A stretch of 63,728 nt of DNA, the filler included, from a bacterium (lineage in GTDB: Bacteria; JALSQH01), in assembly GCA_026985515.1 (NCBI GenBank). It is 9 parts of 9 records of this genome, joined end to end, with 100 filler letters (N's around TTAATTAATTAA, not from the genome) between each part and the next. Parts side by side here need not be neighbours in the genome. Positions count along the whole stretch, not along the records: positions 10,164 to 28,531 come from JALSQH010000032.1; 8 more parts are not named here. One strand, 5' to 3'. The translations under genes were made by a program, and so were the position numbers. Of this stretch, positions 10,195 to 19,821 are shown piece by piece (within the stretch, counting starts at the first letter, position 1; each line of letters begins with the position of its first letter). Below the pieces are notes generated by a model. The model made no database searches. It was not told the origin of the DNA and saw only the letters and a program-made list of their open reading frames with translations.

Positions 10195-10772
10195 TTTTTC
10201 TCCCTGTTCCATTCATCATACTTTTTCATGTAATCATTTACAACTTCATCAATATTTTTGAGTTTAAGAAACCTTGCATAATTCATAACAAATCCCCTAA
10301 CAAAAACTCTTGCCGGCAGTTCCTCGTAATTCTCTTCCTCTATTGCTTTTAAAAATGACACCTGAATTCTCGTTACCCTGGCCACATCTTTCAAATCTAT
10401 GCCCTTCAATTCCCTCACCCTGCGAAAGAGTCTTCCTCCAGTCACATTCTCCTCAAGCACCGGTTCTTTCTCCTCTTTCTCCTCTTTCTCCTCTTTCTCC
10501 TCTTCCTCCCCCACCACTCCCAGTTCCCGTGAGGAATAAATCCCTTTATTCAGGAGTTCAAGATCATATTTTCTTCTCTTTTCTGGATCAAGGAGTACCT
10601 CTGCTGCCTGATCTATTTCTTCAACAATTTTTCTAACCCTATCTTCTTCATAAATTGAATAGAGAGGAAGGCTCTGGGAAGTGTACAATCTTCTCAATCT
10701 CCTGTGTGCATCCTTTATTTTTTCCATTGAATCTCCAGGTCTGACTCCGAGCAATCTATAGTAATCTTTCAT
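10191..10772 (-). CDS. DnaJ-like domain (no HPD) fused to RodZ-type HTH
   Basis: DYYRLLGV...VLLDPEKRRKYD; RELKGIDLKDVARVTRI...AIEEENYEELP..FVRGFVMNYA. Confidence 0.8.
   Translation of the reverse strand: MKDYYRLLGVRPGDSMEKIKDAHRRLRRLYTSQSLPLYSIYEEDRVRKIVEEIDQAAEVLLDPEKRRKYDLELLNKGIYSSRELGVVGEEEEKEEKEEKEEKEPVLEENVTGGRLFRRVRELKGIDLKDVARVTRIQVSFLKAIEEENYEELPARVFVRGFVMNYARFLKLKNIDEVVNDYMKKYDEWNREKK
10467..10502. repeat. 9-bp tandem repeat (TTTCTCCTC)x4 encoding an EEK linker
   Basis: Four exact copies, in frame. Confidence 0.9.
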
Positions 10773-11667
10773 CTTCCTCAAAAACCAGTTCCTTACTTAT
10801 TCTATCCACAACGTTTTCCACATCTCTTGTGAAAACAGAATCGGGAAAAGTGGCAGCTGCAAGAACCTTTCTCCTGAGGCTCTCAACAACCCCGTTGTCA
10901 TAACTCACATTTCCCAGAAATTTGAGCTGAATCCCGAGAAGATCCTCTGTAACTCTGGAGATGTCATTTCCAAACTCTCTTTCATTTTTCACCATATTTA
11001 CGATGAGATAGGGTCTGAAACTTTCAATGCGATTCTGCAACTTGTTATACAGATCAGGGAAAAATCGAGCAGTGTCTTCTCTCAACATTTCCAGATCATC
11101 GAAGTAAAAACTTCCCTTTTTATCCAGGTATTTCTTTACAAACTCTCTCCATTCCTTTCCACTTTTAATCTGAAGAATTCTTCTCGTAAAAGCAGCTCTC
11201 AGAAATCGGTAAAGATTTTCAACTGAAGCAGGGTCAGGTAAAGTTATCAGAATTCCCGCATCTATGTTGAAAAAATCAAGGGTATGGGGACTTATTCCCG
11301 CACCAAGATCAATCAGAATAAAATCATAGGTGAGTTTTTTTAAATGTCTTATTAATTTTGAACGCTGTGAAGCTGGAATTGAAACCTCAGGCAGAGCATT
11401 AACAAGGCCGGGAATAAAATCAAAAAAATAGGCATCAGGCTTTAAAATTATCTCTTCGAGACTTTTTGCATCTCTTCTGAAAAAATCGTGAATGGTCCTT
11501 CCTTTCGGGAAGACGCCAAGGATTGTGTGGAGATTTGCTCCACCCAGATCCAGATCCACCAGAAGTACTCTTTTCCCCTCCTTTGCAAGAAGATACGCAA
11601 TATTGGCCGTCAGAACAGTTTTACCAATCCCTCCTTTTCCACCACCAAAAGCAATAATTCTTCCTAT
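10756..11667 (-). CDS. MinD/FlhG(ParA)-family ATPase, probable ATA start
   Basis: Frame extends upstream of the track start to GRIIAFGGGKGGIGKT (deviant Walker A); DLDLGGANLH; DLGAG. Confidence 0.88.
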   Translation of the reverse strand: MGRIIAFGGGKGGIGKTVLTANIAYLLAKEGKRVLLVDLDLGGANLHTILGVFPKGRTIHDFFRRDAKSLEEIILKPDAYFFDFIPGLVNALPEVSIPASQRSKLIRHLKKLTYDFILIDLGAGISPHTLDFFNIDAGILITLPDPASVENLYRFLRAAFTRRILQIKSGKEWREFVKKYLDKKGSFYFDDLEMLREDTARFFPDLYNKLQNRIESFRPYLIVNMVKNEREFGNDISRVTEDLLGIQLKFLGNVSYDNGVVESLRRKVLAAATFPDSVFTRDVENVVDRISKELVFEEDERLL

Positions 11668-11678
11668 AGTGTACTCCT

Positions 11679-12296
11679 TTACTTGTTATCGTTTTCAAGC
11701 TCAACGTTCCAGTAGGCAGCATCAATGAAATTGAGAAACTGCTTCCACTCTTCTCTGATATTATTTTTAGTGAAATTTTTGAGAAAATTCAAGTAGGAAG
11801 GCTTGTAAGGTTTCCTTATAAGTTTCATTCCCGCTTCTTCAGGAGTCCGATTCCCCTTACGGGAGTTACACTCAACACAGGCAGTTACCACATTCTCCCA
11901 TACAGTTTTTCCTCCCCTTGACCTGGGTATAACATGATCAATGGTAAGTTCTTTTCGTGGTAGCTTTCTCCCGCAGTACTGACAGGTGTTGTTGTCCCTC
12001 AGAAATATGTTGTATCTGCTGAATCTAACCTCCCTCTTGGGAATCCTGTCATAACTCACAAGAAGAATAACCTGTGGAACTTTTATCACCCTGTTAACAG
12101 TTCTGATTCCAATTTCATCAGCTGCAACCCTCAATTCAAGCCATGAATCAATGGAAAAAAGGGTGTAATCAGGGCCTACCGCTTTTGCCACGCCTTTAAA
12201 AAGCATGGCAAAAGCCCTTCTCACAGTGGTCACATGAATAGGATAAAAAGATTTATTCAGTACAAGAACGGGGGCATCAAGAATCGCGTCACTCAT
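11679..12296 (-). CDS. HNH endonuclease
   Basis: VLVLN N-domain, RDNNTCQYCG, TIDHVIPRSRGG, CVECNSRKG. Confidence 0.93.
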   Translation of the reverse strand: MSDAILDAPVLVLNKSFYPIHVTTVRRAFAMLFKGVAKAVGPDYTLFSIDSWLELRVAADEIGIRTVNRVIKVPQVILLVSYDRIPKREVRFSRYNIFLRDNNTCQYCGRKLPRKELTIDHVIPRSRGGKTVWENVVTACVECNSRKGNRTPEEAGMKLIRKPYKPSYLNFLKNFTKNNIREEWKQFLNFIDAAYWNVELENDNK

Positions 12297-12327
12297 TAAA
12301 AGTTAGTATACTCAACTGAAAGAGTTT

Positions 12328-13629
12328 TTACAACCTTCTCTTATCTATCACTCTTTTTGCCTTTCCTTCAAATCTCTGAAGTGTTTTCGGCTCAACCAGC
12401 TTGACTCTAACTTTCAAACCCAGTACCGAATATAGCTTTTCCTCTATTTCCTCTATGATCTGTTTTTGACGCTTCATTTCGTCGGAGAAGATTTTAGGTG
12501 AAACCTCAACCAGAACCGTCAGTGTATCTAGGCGTCCCTCCCTATCCACAATTATCTGATAATGCGGCTCGGTTCCCTCAATATTGAAAAGAACCTCCTC
12601 AATCTGGGAGGGGAAAACATTAACACCCCTCACGATAAGCATATCATCTGTTCGACCCTTTACCCTCTCCATTCTGGCAGTTGTCCTGCCGCACCCGCAT
12701 TTTTCATAGTGCAAACGGGTTATATCTCTTGTCCTGTAGCGAATCAGTGGAAGTGCCTCTTTGGTAAGGGTGGTTATGACAAGTTCACCCTCCTCCCCGG
12801 GTGGGAGAGGCTCACCAGTTTCAGGATCAATAATCTCAACCAGAAAGTGATCCTCTGCTATGTGCATCCCGTTTTTCATTTCACACTCACCAGCCACACC
12901 GGGACCAATTATTTCGCTCAACCCATAATTGTCGTAGGCATCTATCTTTAATTTTGCTTCAATCTCCTGCCTCATGGCCTCTGACCAGGGCTCTGCTCCA
13001 AACAGACCAATCCTCAGGGAAAGACTCTGGGGGTCTATTCCCAGCTCCTCAATCCTGTCAGCAATGACAAGGGCATAACTCGGGGTGCTTACCAGAACTG
13101 TTGTGTGGTAATCCTGCATTATCATTATCTGCCTGTCTGTGTTGCCGCTTGATATGGGAATAACAGTTGCACCGATCTTTTCTGCTCCATAGTGGAGGCC
13201 AAAACCACCTGTGAAAAGACCGTACCCAAAGGAAATCTGGATAATGTCATCCTTTGTTACCCCTGCAGCCACCATTATTCTTGCTACTAAATTGCTCCAC
13301 AGTTCAAGATCATTCTTTGTATAACCAACAACTGTTGTTTTCCCGGTTGTACCGGATGAGGAGTGAATCCTCACAATATCCCTCAGTGGAACGGCAAACA
13401 TTCCATAGGGATAATTCCTCCTCAGATCCTCTTTGGTTGTAAAGGGTAATTTTCGCAGATCGTCCAGAGATTTTATATCCTCTGGCGAAATCTTAAGCTC
13501 ACGAAACTTTTCATTGTAGAATTTCACATTTCTGTAAACCCTGTTAACAACACTCTGGAGCCTTTCAAGCTGAAGTTGCCCCAGTTCGCTTCTTTCCATT
13601 GTTTCATACTTTTCTTCCCACATCTTCAC
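12328..13629 (-). CDS. paaK: Phenylacetate-CoA ligase
   Basis: [39 protein letters not shown]. Confidence 0.93.
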   Translation of the reverse strand: MKMWEEKYETMERSELGQLQLERLQSVVNRVYRNVKFYNEKFRELKISPEDIKSLDDLRKLPFTTKEDLRRNYPYGMFAVPLRDIVRIHSSSGTTGKTTVVGYTKNDLELWSNLVARIMVAAGVTKDDIIQISFGYGLFTGGFGLHYGAEKIGATVIPISSGNTDRQIMIMQDYHTTVLVSTPSYALVIADRIEELGIDPQSLSLRIGLFGAEPWSEAMRQEIEAKLKIDAYDNYGLSEIIGPGVAGECEMKNGMHIAEDHFLVEIIDPETGEPLPPGEEGELVITTLTKEALPLIRYRTRDITRLHYEKCGCGRTTARMERVKGRTDDMLIVRGVNVFPSQIEEVLFNIEGTEPHYQIIVDREGRLDTLTVLVEVSPKIFSDEMKRQKQIIEEIEEKLYSVLGLKVRVKLVEPKTLQRFEGKAKRVIDKRRL

Positions 13630-13640
13630 ACCTCGCTCAG

Positions 13641-14390
13641 TTATTCAAAGAAATCACTTTTACCAAGATAAGCTCTCTGAATCTCCTTGCTTTTTTTCAA
13701 TTCTTCTGAACTTCCGGAATATACGAGGCTTCCCGACTCAAGCACATATCCTCGATCTGAAATTTCAAGAGCCTTTCTGGCGTTCTGTTCCACCAGAAGT
13801 ATTGTGACACCCATATCTTTTCTCAATTCCTCAATTACCTTGAAGATTTCATTTACAATGACCGGTGCAAGTCCCATAGAGGGTTCATCAAGAAGCAAGA
13901 GCCTTGGTCTGCTCATAAGTGCCCTACCTATGGCAAGCATCTGCTGTTCTCCCCCACTCAGCGTACCTGCCAGCTGATCGCTTCTTTCTTTTAGCCTCGG
14001 GAAAATTGCAAATACCTGCTCAATCCTATCCTTCACAATCTTACTGAAATCGCCATTTTTTTTCAAATAGGGATACGCTCCCAGAAGGAGATTATCCCGA
14101 ACAGTTAAATTGGGGAACAATCTCCTCCCCTCCGGCACATGAGAAATTCCCATATTTACAATAACATGAGGGGGTAATCCATTTATCCTTTCATTTTCAA
14201 AGATGATTTCTCCCCTTGTTTTAACCATTATTCCTGATATTGCTCTGAGAGTTGAAGTCTTCCCGGAACCATTGGCACCAATAATTGTGACAATTTCACC
14301 TTCGTTAACATGGAAGGAGAGAGATTTAACTGCTCTCAATTTGCCGTAAAATACCTCCAGATTCCTCACAACCAGCATTTCATTCTCCAA
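13641..14390 (-). CDS. livF: Branched-chain amino acid-type ABC ATPase
   Basis: [28 protein letters not shown]. Confidence 0.93.
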   Translation of the reverse strand: MENEMLVVRNLEVFYGKLRAVKSLSFHVNEGEIVTIIGANGSGKTSTLRAISGIMVKTRGEIIFENERINGLPPHVIVNMGISHVPEGRRLFPNLTVRDNLLLGAYPYLKKNGDFSKIVKDRIEQVFAIFPRLKERSDQLAGTLSGGEQQMLAIGRALMSRPRLLLLDEPSMGLAPVIVNEIFKVIEELRKDMGVTILLVEQNARKALEISDRGYVLESGSLVYSGSSEELKKSKEIQRAYLGKSDFFE

Positions 14391-15147
14391 GATAGGCTGC
14401 TATTACCTGCGGGTCTTTTTTAATCTCATCCGGTGACCCCTCAGCTATTACCCTGCCAAAGTTAAGGACCACCACTCTCTCTGCAAGGTTCATAAGGAAA
14501 TCCATATCATGCTCCACAACAAGGATTGTGAGATTGTGTTTCTCCTTTACTTTGAAGAGAAGCTCCATCAGGTCAAGAGTTTCTGAAGTATTCAAACCAG
14601 AGGCTATTTCATCAAGCAGAAGAAGCTCCGGCTCAGTGACAAGGGCCCTTGCTAACTCCACCAGCCTCATTTTTCCAAAGGGGAGATCTCCCGCAGGGGT
14701 ATTTCTGAAATCCTGCAGACCCACCTCCTCAAGAAAATACTCTGCCTTTTCAATTGATTCCCTTTCACTTTTCCAGATTGAGGGGAAAGCGAACAAGTTG
14801 GAAAAAAAACCGGCAGAGGTAAGAACATCTGCTCCCACCATAATATTTTCAATGACGCTCATTTCAGAAAAAACTCTCAGATTTTGAAATGTCCTGCTCA
14901 TACCCATTCTTGCTATTTTATGCGGCGGATGAGAGGTTATATCAACACCTTTAAAGATTACCTTTCCCCCATCAGGTTTTATAAAACCTGAAATTATGTT
15001 GAAAAGTGTGGTTTTCCCCGCTCCATTTGGACCAATCAAACCAAGTACCTCTTCCTGAGAAATGGAAAGGGAAACATCGTCAAGAGCCTTAACACCACCA
15101 AAATGCTTAACGATCCTCTCTGCCCCCAGTATTTTTGAATTTCCCAT
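14380..15147 (-). CDS. livG: Branched-chain amino acid-type ABC ATPase
   Basis: GPNGAGKT, RTFQ, VEHDM, AYLG. Confidence 0.93.
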   Translation of the reverse strand: MGNSKILGAERIVKHFGGVKALDDVSLSISQEEVLGLIGPNGAGKTTLFNIISGFIKPDGGKVIFKGVDITSHPPHKIARMGMSRTFQNLRVFSEMSVIENIMVGADVLTSAGFFSNLFAFPSIWKSERESIEKAEYFLEEVGLQDFRNTPAGDLPFGKMRLVELARALVTEPELLLLDEIASGLNTSETLDLMELLFKVKEKHNLTILVVEHDMDFLMNLAERVVVLNFGRVIAEGSPDEIKKDPQVIAAYLGE

Positions 15148-16066
15148 AAATATCCTCCACTGCTCCGGCTATACCGCCCGGCATGAAGATTATAACAAGA
15201 ATCAACAATGAACCATAAACGATAATATCGTAATCTTCGAAAATCCTCAGAAATTCAGGGAGATAGGTTAAAAAGATTGCTCCTGTAACCCCACCCCAGA
15301 TATTTCCCATACCTCCCACCATTACCATTGTAACAAGCTGGATTGACCTCTTAAAACCAAAGGAAGCGGGACTGATAAATATAACCGTGTGAGCATAGAG
15401 GCTGCCGGCAATACTTGCAAAGACTGCACTGACAACAAAAACGAGGACCTTGTAGTGATAGGTATTCACACCAAGAGCCACCACAGCTTCTTCGTCCTGA
15501 TGAATAGCCCTGAATATTCTGCCAGCTTTGAATGAAGCAAGATTTTTAGAGAGCCAAATAATCACAAATGTGATCATTGCAGTAACCACATAAATTGTGG
15601 AGTAAGATGAGAATGTCAAACTTCCAAATCTCATGTATGGAATTCCCACGAAACCTGATGGTCCACCCGTTATGTCAACAAGTTGACTGAAAAATATGTA
15701 TAGAATCATACCAAGCCCAAGTGTTGCCATGGCGAGGTAGTGACCTCTGAGTTTGAGTGTTGGAAGTGCAACAAAAAATGCAACAATCCCCACAAGGACA
15801 AAAGCAGTTATCATTGCAAGCCAGCAGTTCCAGTGGTAGGTGGCAGTAAGAATGGCGGATATGTAGGCACCAAGACCCACAAAACCAGCGTGACCAAGAG
15901 ATATCTGACCTGCATACCCCATGAGGAGATTCAGTCCTGTCACAGTAATGATATTCTCAAGGGCAAAAATTCCCACATTGAGTCCGTAATTGTCTGTAAT
16001 AATCAAAGGATATGCAATCAAAAGAAGTGCAAAGATCAGGATATCGGCGTATCTTTTCAATCTCAC
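15107..16066 (-). CDS. livM: Liv-type ABC permease
   Basis: GYAGQISLGHA, LRGHYLAMATL, GGMG. Confidence 0.92.
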   Translation of the reverse strand: MRLKRYADILIFALLLIAYPLIITDNYGLNVGIFALENIITVTGLNLLMGYAGQISLGHAGFVGLGAYISAILTATYHWNCWLAMITAFVLVGIVAFFVALPTLKLRGHYLAMATLGLGMILYIFFSQLVDITGGPSGFVGIPYMRFGSLTFSSYSTIYVVTAMITFVIIWLSKNLASFKAGRIFRAIHQDEEAVVALGVNTYHYKVLVFVVSAVFASIAGSLYAHTVIFISPASFGFKRSIQLVTMVMVGGMGNIWGGVTGAIFLTYLPEFLRIFEDYDIIVYGSLLILVIIFMPGGIAGAVEDIYGKFKNTGGREDR

Positions 16067-16935
16067 ACCCTTTCCGCTTTAATTTCTCCAACAATTCCCT
16101 GGGGTCTCATGTAGAGGAAGAGAAGAAGCAGACCAAAAGTTATGGCATCCTTATAACCGGATGATATTAATCCTGCGCTGAAAGATTCCACAATGCCGAG
16201 AATTATTCCACCCACCAGTGCCCCACTCATCCTGCCGAGTCCGCCCACGACAGCGGCAGCGAAGCCTTTGAGGCCAAGGGAAATACCAATATCGTAAGAT
16301 GTCAGGGTAACTGGTGTCATCAGGGCTCCTGCCATTCCGCTGAAGAGAGCGCTGATAAAAAAAGAATACATGGTAACTCTTTCAACATTTATCCCCACAA
16401 GCCTTGCGGCAACGGGGTCTACAGAACTTGCAAGCATAGCTTTTCCCGTAATGGTGTAGCGAAAAAATCCACCTAACAGAAGCATGGATATAATGGAGAC
16501 CACGATAATCCATATATACTGGGGAGAAACTGCAGCACCTAAAAATCTTATGGGGATATCCCCTGAAAATGAGGGAAGGGCATGTGAATTTTTATCCCAG
16601 ACCAGCATGGCAATTCCTCTTATGAGAATTGAATCACCAATCGTTACAATGATGAGGGAAAGTATTGATGCATCTCTGATGGGTCTGATGGAAAGTCTCT
16701 CCACCAAAATACCAGTTACTCCTGCAAGGAGTATTCCGGACAAGATTGCAAATATAAGGGGAAAGTGAAGGTAATGATAGAAATAAACACTCCCCATCCC
16801 TCCCAGCATAACAAATTCACCCTGAGCAAAATTGATTATACCTGTGGCGTTATAGATCAGATTAAAGCCAATGGCAATCAGTGCGTATGCACTGCCAATA
16901 CTGATACCTGAGACAAGATACTGAATGAGATCCAT
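16063..16935 (-). CDS. livH: Liv-type ABC permease
   Basis: IINFAQGEF, GLKGFAAAVVGGLG, RPQG. Confidence 0.92.
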   Translation of the reverse strand: MDLIQYLVSGISIGSAYALIAIGFNLIYNATGIINFAQGEFVMLGGMGSVYFYHYLHFPLIFAILSGILLAGVTGILVERLSIRPIRDASILSLIIVTIGDSILIRGIAMLVWDKNSHALPSFSGDIPIRFLGAAVSPQYIWIIVVSIISMLLLGGFFRYTITGKAMLASSVDPVAARLVGINVERVTMYSFFISALFSGMAGALMTPVTLTSYDIGISLGLKGFAAAVVGGLGRMSGALVGGIILGIVESFSAGLISSGYKDAITFGLLLLFLYMRPQGIVGEIKAERV

Positions 16936-16944
16936 TTTTCCGAT

Positions 16945-16969
16945 AAAAAAGAGGGGGTGAGACCCCCTC
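16945..16969 (-). terminator. Internal terminator/stabilising hairpin after the SBP gene
   Basis: GAGGGGG/CCCCCTC stem followed by T6 on minus strand. Confidence 0.7.
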
Positions 16970-16974
16970 AGAAA

Positions 16975-18171
16975 TTACTCCTCTAAAAGTTCCCAGTTTC
17001 CATTGTGTATTCTTACAAGTACAAAAGCATCCTTTGAGAGACCCTCATGATCCTGCGGAGAGAGATTGTAAATTCCACCGGTGCCGGGGAAATTCTTAAT
17101 GGTTTCAAGGGCGGCAACAATCTTATCTCCATTGGTGCTCTTTGCCCTCCTTATTGCTTCAAAGAGTAGATGGAGGGCATCATATGCATGACCACCGAAG
17201 GTTGAAGGCTCACTACCATATCTTGCCTTATACTTTGCTATGTAATCCAGGAGCAATTTTTTCTGTGGATCTGTGTCAGGAAGCTGATCAGCCACAATTA
17301 ACCTGCCGGCAGGGAGGATTATTCCCTCAGCTGCATCTTTCCCGGCAAGTTCTATGAATTTCTTTGAAGCAACTCCATGGCTCATGAAGAGAGGTGTTTT
17401 AATCCCGAGCTGCAGACGGTTCCTGGCTATAACAGCGGGACCAGGATTTGTACCCCATACCACAATGGCGTCTGGATTGAGTCCCTTTATCTTTGTGAGC
17501 TGAGCAGTCATGTCAGTGTCCTTTGGACCATAGATTTCATCTGCCACGATTTCAATCCCATATTTTGGTGCCAGGAGTTTCAGCTGCTCCCTGCCGCTTG
17601 CACCGAAGCCATTGTTAACGGTGAGAATGGCGATTTTTTTGTATCCCTTTTTGTTGAAGTACTCGTAAAGTTTCTCTACCGCAAAAGTATCAAGCTGAGG
17701 AACGGTAAATACATACTTTCTCTCACTTACAGGCTGAACGATCTTCCTGCTTGCGGCACAGGAAATAAGTGGTATCTTCGCTCTCATAACGATTGGAATC
17801 ACTGCCAGCGTAGTTCCTGATCTGCTTGGTCCAATTATTGCCACAACTTTATCCTTCTGTATCAATCTGTTAACAGCCATAACAGCCTTCTGTTCCTGAC
17901 CTTCCGTGTCGTAAACAATCAGCTTAACCTTCTTTCCAAGCAAACCACCAGATTTGTTGATCTCATCCACAACCATAAGAGCCGTATTTTTCTCTGGCTG
18001 ACCGAGAAAGGAAGCAGGACCAGTGACTGAAAATACTGCTCCAATTTTAATTACATTTTCCTCTGCAGGTTTTGCCTTAGCCTGCTGTTCCTTACTCTTC
18101 TTCTTGCAACCGGTGGAAACCAGACCGGCAAGAAGGAAGAGAACAAGTAATATTTTTAAATTCTTCCTCAT
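16975..18171 (-). CDS. Liv-family ABC substrate-binding lipoprotein
   Basis: STGC lipobox, IKIGAVFSVTGPASFLG, AYDAL. Confidence 0.92.
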   Translation of the reverse strand: MRKNLKILLVLFLLAGLVSTGCKKKSKEQQAKAKPAEENVIKIGAVFSVTGPASFLGQPEKNTALMVVDEINKSGGLLGKKVKLIVYDTEGQEQKAVMAVNRLIQKDKVVAIIGPSRSGTTLAVIPIVMRAKIPLISCAASRKIVQPVSERKYVFTVPQLDTFAVEKLYEYFNKKGYKKIAILTVNNGFGASGREQLKLLAPKYGIEIVADEIYGPKDTDMTAQLTKIKGLNPDAIVVWGTNPGPAVIARNRLQLGIKTPLFMSHGVASKKFIELAGKDAAEGIILPAGRLIVADQLPDTDPQKKLLLDYIAKYKARYGSEPSTFGGHAYDALHLLFEAIRRAKSTNGDKIVAALETIKNFPGTGGIYNLSPQDHEGLSKDAFVLVRIHNGNWELLEE

Positions 18172-18188
18172 TTTCTACACCTCCCTTT

Positions 18189-19661
18189 TTACATGTAGAA
18201 GAAAACGAATTCAATGAAGAAAACATCATTCTTTACTTTATTCCACTTCACATCTCCCTTTGGACCCTCAAAGTTAAAGTAGTACTCTGTCTGAATCCAT
18301 GCCCATTTAGCGAGGTAGGTCTTGAGTGAAAGCTGGATCTGCCTCTTATTCCAGAGGGCACTGTAAGCCTCAGAATCAAATCTGTGGTTACTGAAATCCT
18401 CGTGGGTGTCGAGTTCCGCATATCTTGCAAGAAAATCAAATCTTCCGGGAAGAACCTTATAGACCCCAAGTATGTGAAAACCTGTGATCTCCAGTCCACC
18501 TGTGTATCCGTAGAAAAATTCTGCATCAGAGGAAAATCTTCCGAGGATCACCCTCATATCTGCACCGGCACGGTATTTATTTCTGTTTTTAAACAAATCA
18601 ACAGGTATATTTAGCTTATTAGAATCAGTAAGTGTTTTTAAATCACCATTAGTGAGTCTGTTTCCATTGGTTCCGAATATATCAAACTGAAAATACTTTC
18701 CATTTGAATGATAAGCTTTTGAATATGATACACCTGCAGGCCACTGATAACCAAGTTTAACACTTACTCCTTTATTTTTGTCATTATCTGTGACTTCGGA
18801 CAATGGCCCAGGACCAACTCCAAACATCTCTCTGTCAGCAATTATTTTCACCTTTGGTGGATTTACAGGGTTGTTGGGACCAAAGGGTCTATCCCCTATT
18901 CTTAACCCATTGAAAACTGAAACTGCAAAGTTTATCATTCCGCTGAAGGAAGAAATATACTCAATTCCGGTAACCCTGTCATGAGTGAAGGCTTCTGCTA
19001 CGAGGCTGTAATCTGAAATTTTTCTGTTTGGATACTTGGGAGGAATACCAAAAGCTGAACGATACCACTTACCTATCCTGAAGGATTGCGTATATTTACC
19101 AAGGGTAGGTAATTTTAACTCCGCCTGCGCTCGTTCAAAATAGGTGTATCCTATCATTTCGGAAGGATAGTATGGAGGAACACCCGATAACACGTTGGAA
19201 AGAGATATCTGATTTGGATGCCACCAGACATTTATCCAGGCAGTGATATAATCAGCAGGATGATAGGCCAGATTGAATGTGATTTCTTCAAGACTTATGG
19301 CAGAGTATGTTTTATCAAGGCTGTCAACATACCTCATTCTGAGATATCCCCAGAATTTCAGATTACCAAGAACAAGATGGGTATCTTTATTCTCAAGAAC
19401 TTTCACCTTTTTCTCAAGTTCATCCAGGCGGGCTTCAAGATCCTGGATTTTCTTCTCCTTTTCCTGCATCATCTTCTTCATTTTTGCATTCATACCTGAC
19501 ATACCGGCAGAATTCACAGAGACGGTTACGGGGTTTTGCATCGCTTTCATCATTCCCATGCTCTGTTTTGAACCCTGATTTTTACCCATATCCATTTTTC
19601 CCTGTGCCAGCAATCCCAGAGGTAACAGGAGCAGGACCCATAAAATTAAAACTCGTCTCAT
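18189..19661 (-). CDS. Outer-membrane porin with Met-rich and coiled-coil N-terminus
   Basis: Signal peptide, coiled coil, KFWGYLRMRY first strand, aromatic C-terminus; first gene of the liv-paaK operon. Confidence 0.75.
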   Translation of the reverse strand: MRRVLILWVLLLLPLGLLAQGKMDMGKNQGSKQSMGMMKAMQNPVTVSVNSAGMSGMNAKMKKMMQEKEKKIQDLEARLDELEKKVKVLENKDTHLVLGNLKFWGYLRMRYVDSLDKTYSAISLEEITFNLAYHPADYITAWINVWWHPNQISLSNVLSGVPPYYPSEMIGYTYFERAQAELKLPTLGKYTQSFRIGKWYRSAFGIPPKYPNRKISDYSLVAEAFTHDRVTGIEYISSFSGMINFAVSVFNGLRIGDRPFGPNNPVNPPKVKIIADREMFGVGPGPLSEVTDNDKNKGVSVKLGYQWPAGVSYSKAYHSNGKYFQFDIFGTNGNRLTNGDLKTLTDSNKLNIPVDLFKNRNKYRAGADMRVILGRFSSDAEFFYGYTGGLEITGFHILGVYKVLPGRFDFLARYAELDTHEDFSNHRFDSEAYSALWNKRQIQLSLKTYLAKWAWIQTEYYFNFEGPKGDVKWNKVKNDVFFIEFVFFYM

Positions 19662-19693
19662 ACAACACCTCCTTTGAGTTTTGGATTTTTCTG

Positions 19694-19750
19694 GGCCAGC
19701 GAAAGCTCCATTTACCCCTGGACGGGTAATATGGGCCTCCCCTGCCAGCC
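19694..19750 (-). promoter_or_regulatory. Structured 5' leader hairpin
   Basis: About 23-bp interrupted stem whose G-U pairs work only on the minus strand. Confidence 0.55.
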
Positions 19751-19774
19751 TCCGGTTTTTCAGTGTCCTGAATT

Positions 19775-19803
19775 TTTATAACATAAGGTAACTGTTCTGT
19801 CAA
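19775..19803 (-). promoter_or_regulatory. sigma70-type promoter of the porin-liv-paaK operon
   Basis: TTGACA-17-TATAAA with TG extension. Confidence 0.75.
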
Positions 19804-19821
19804 TCCCTGGAGAGATCAGGG

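Noticed and set aside
11679-12296. HNH as a defence system or Cas9/IscB-like effector
   Set aside because: Small stand-alone HNH in housekeeping context; no RuvC, methylase or array
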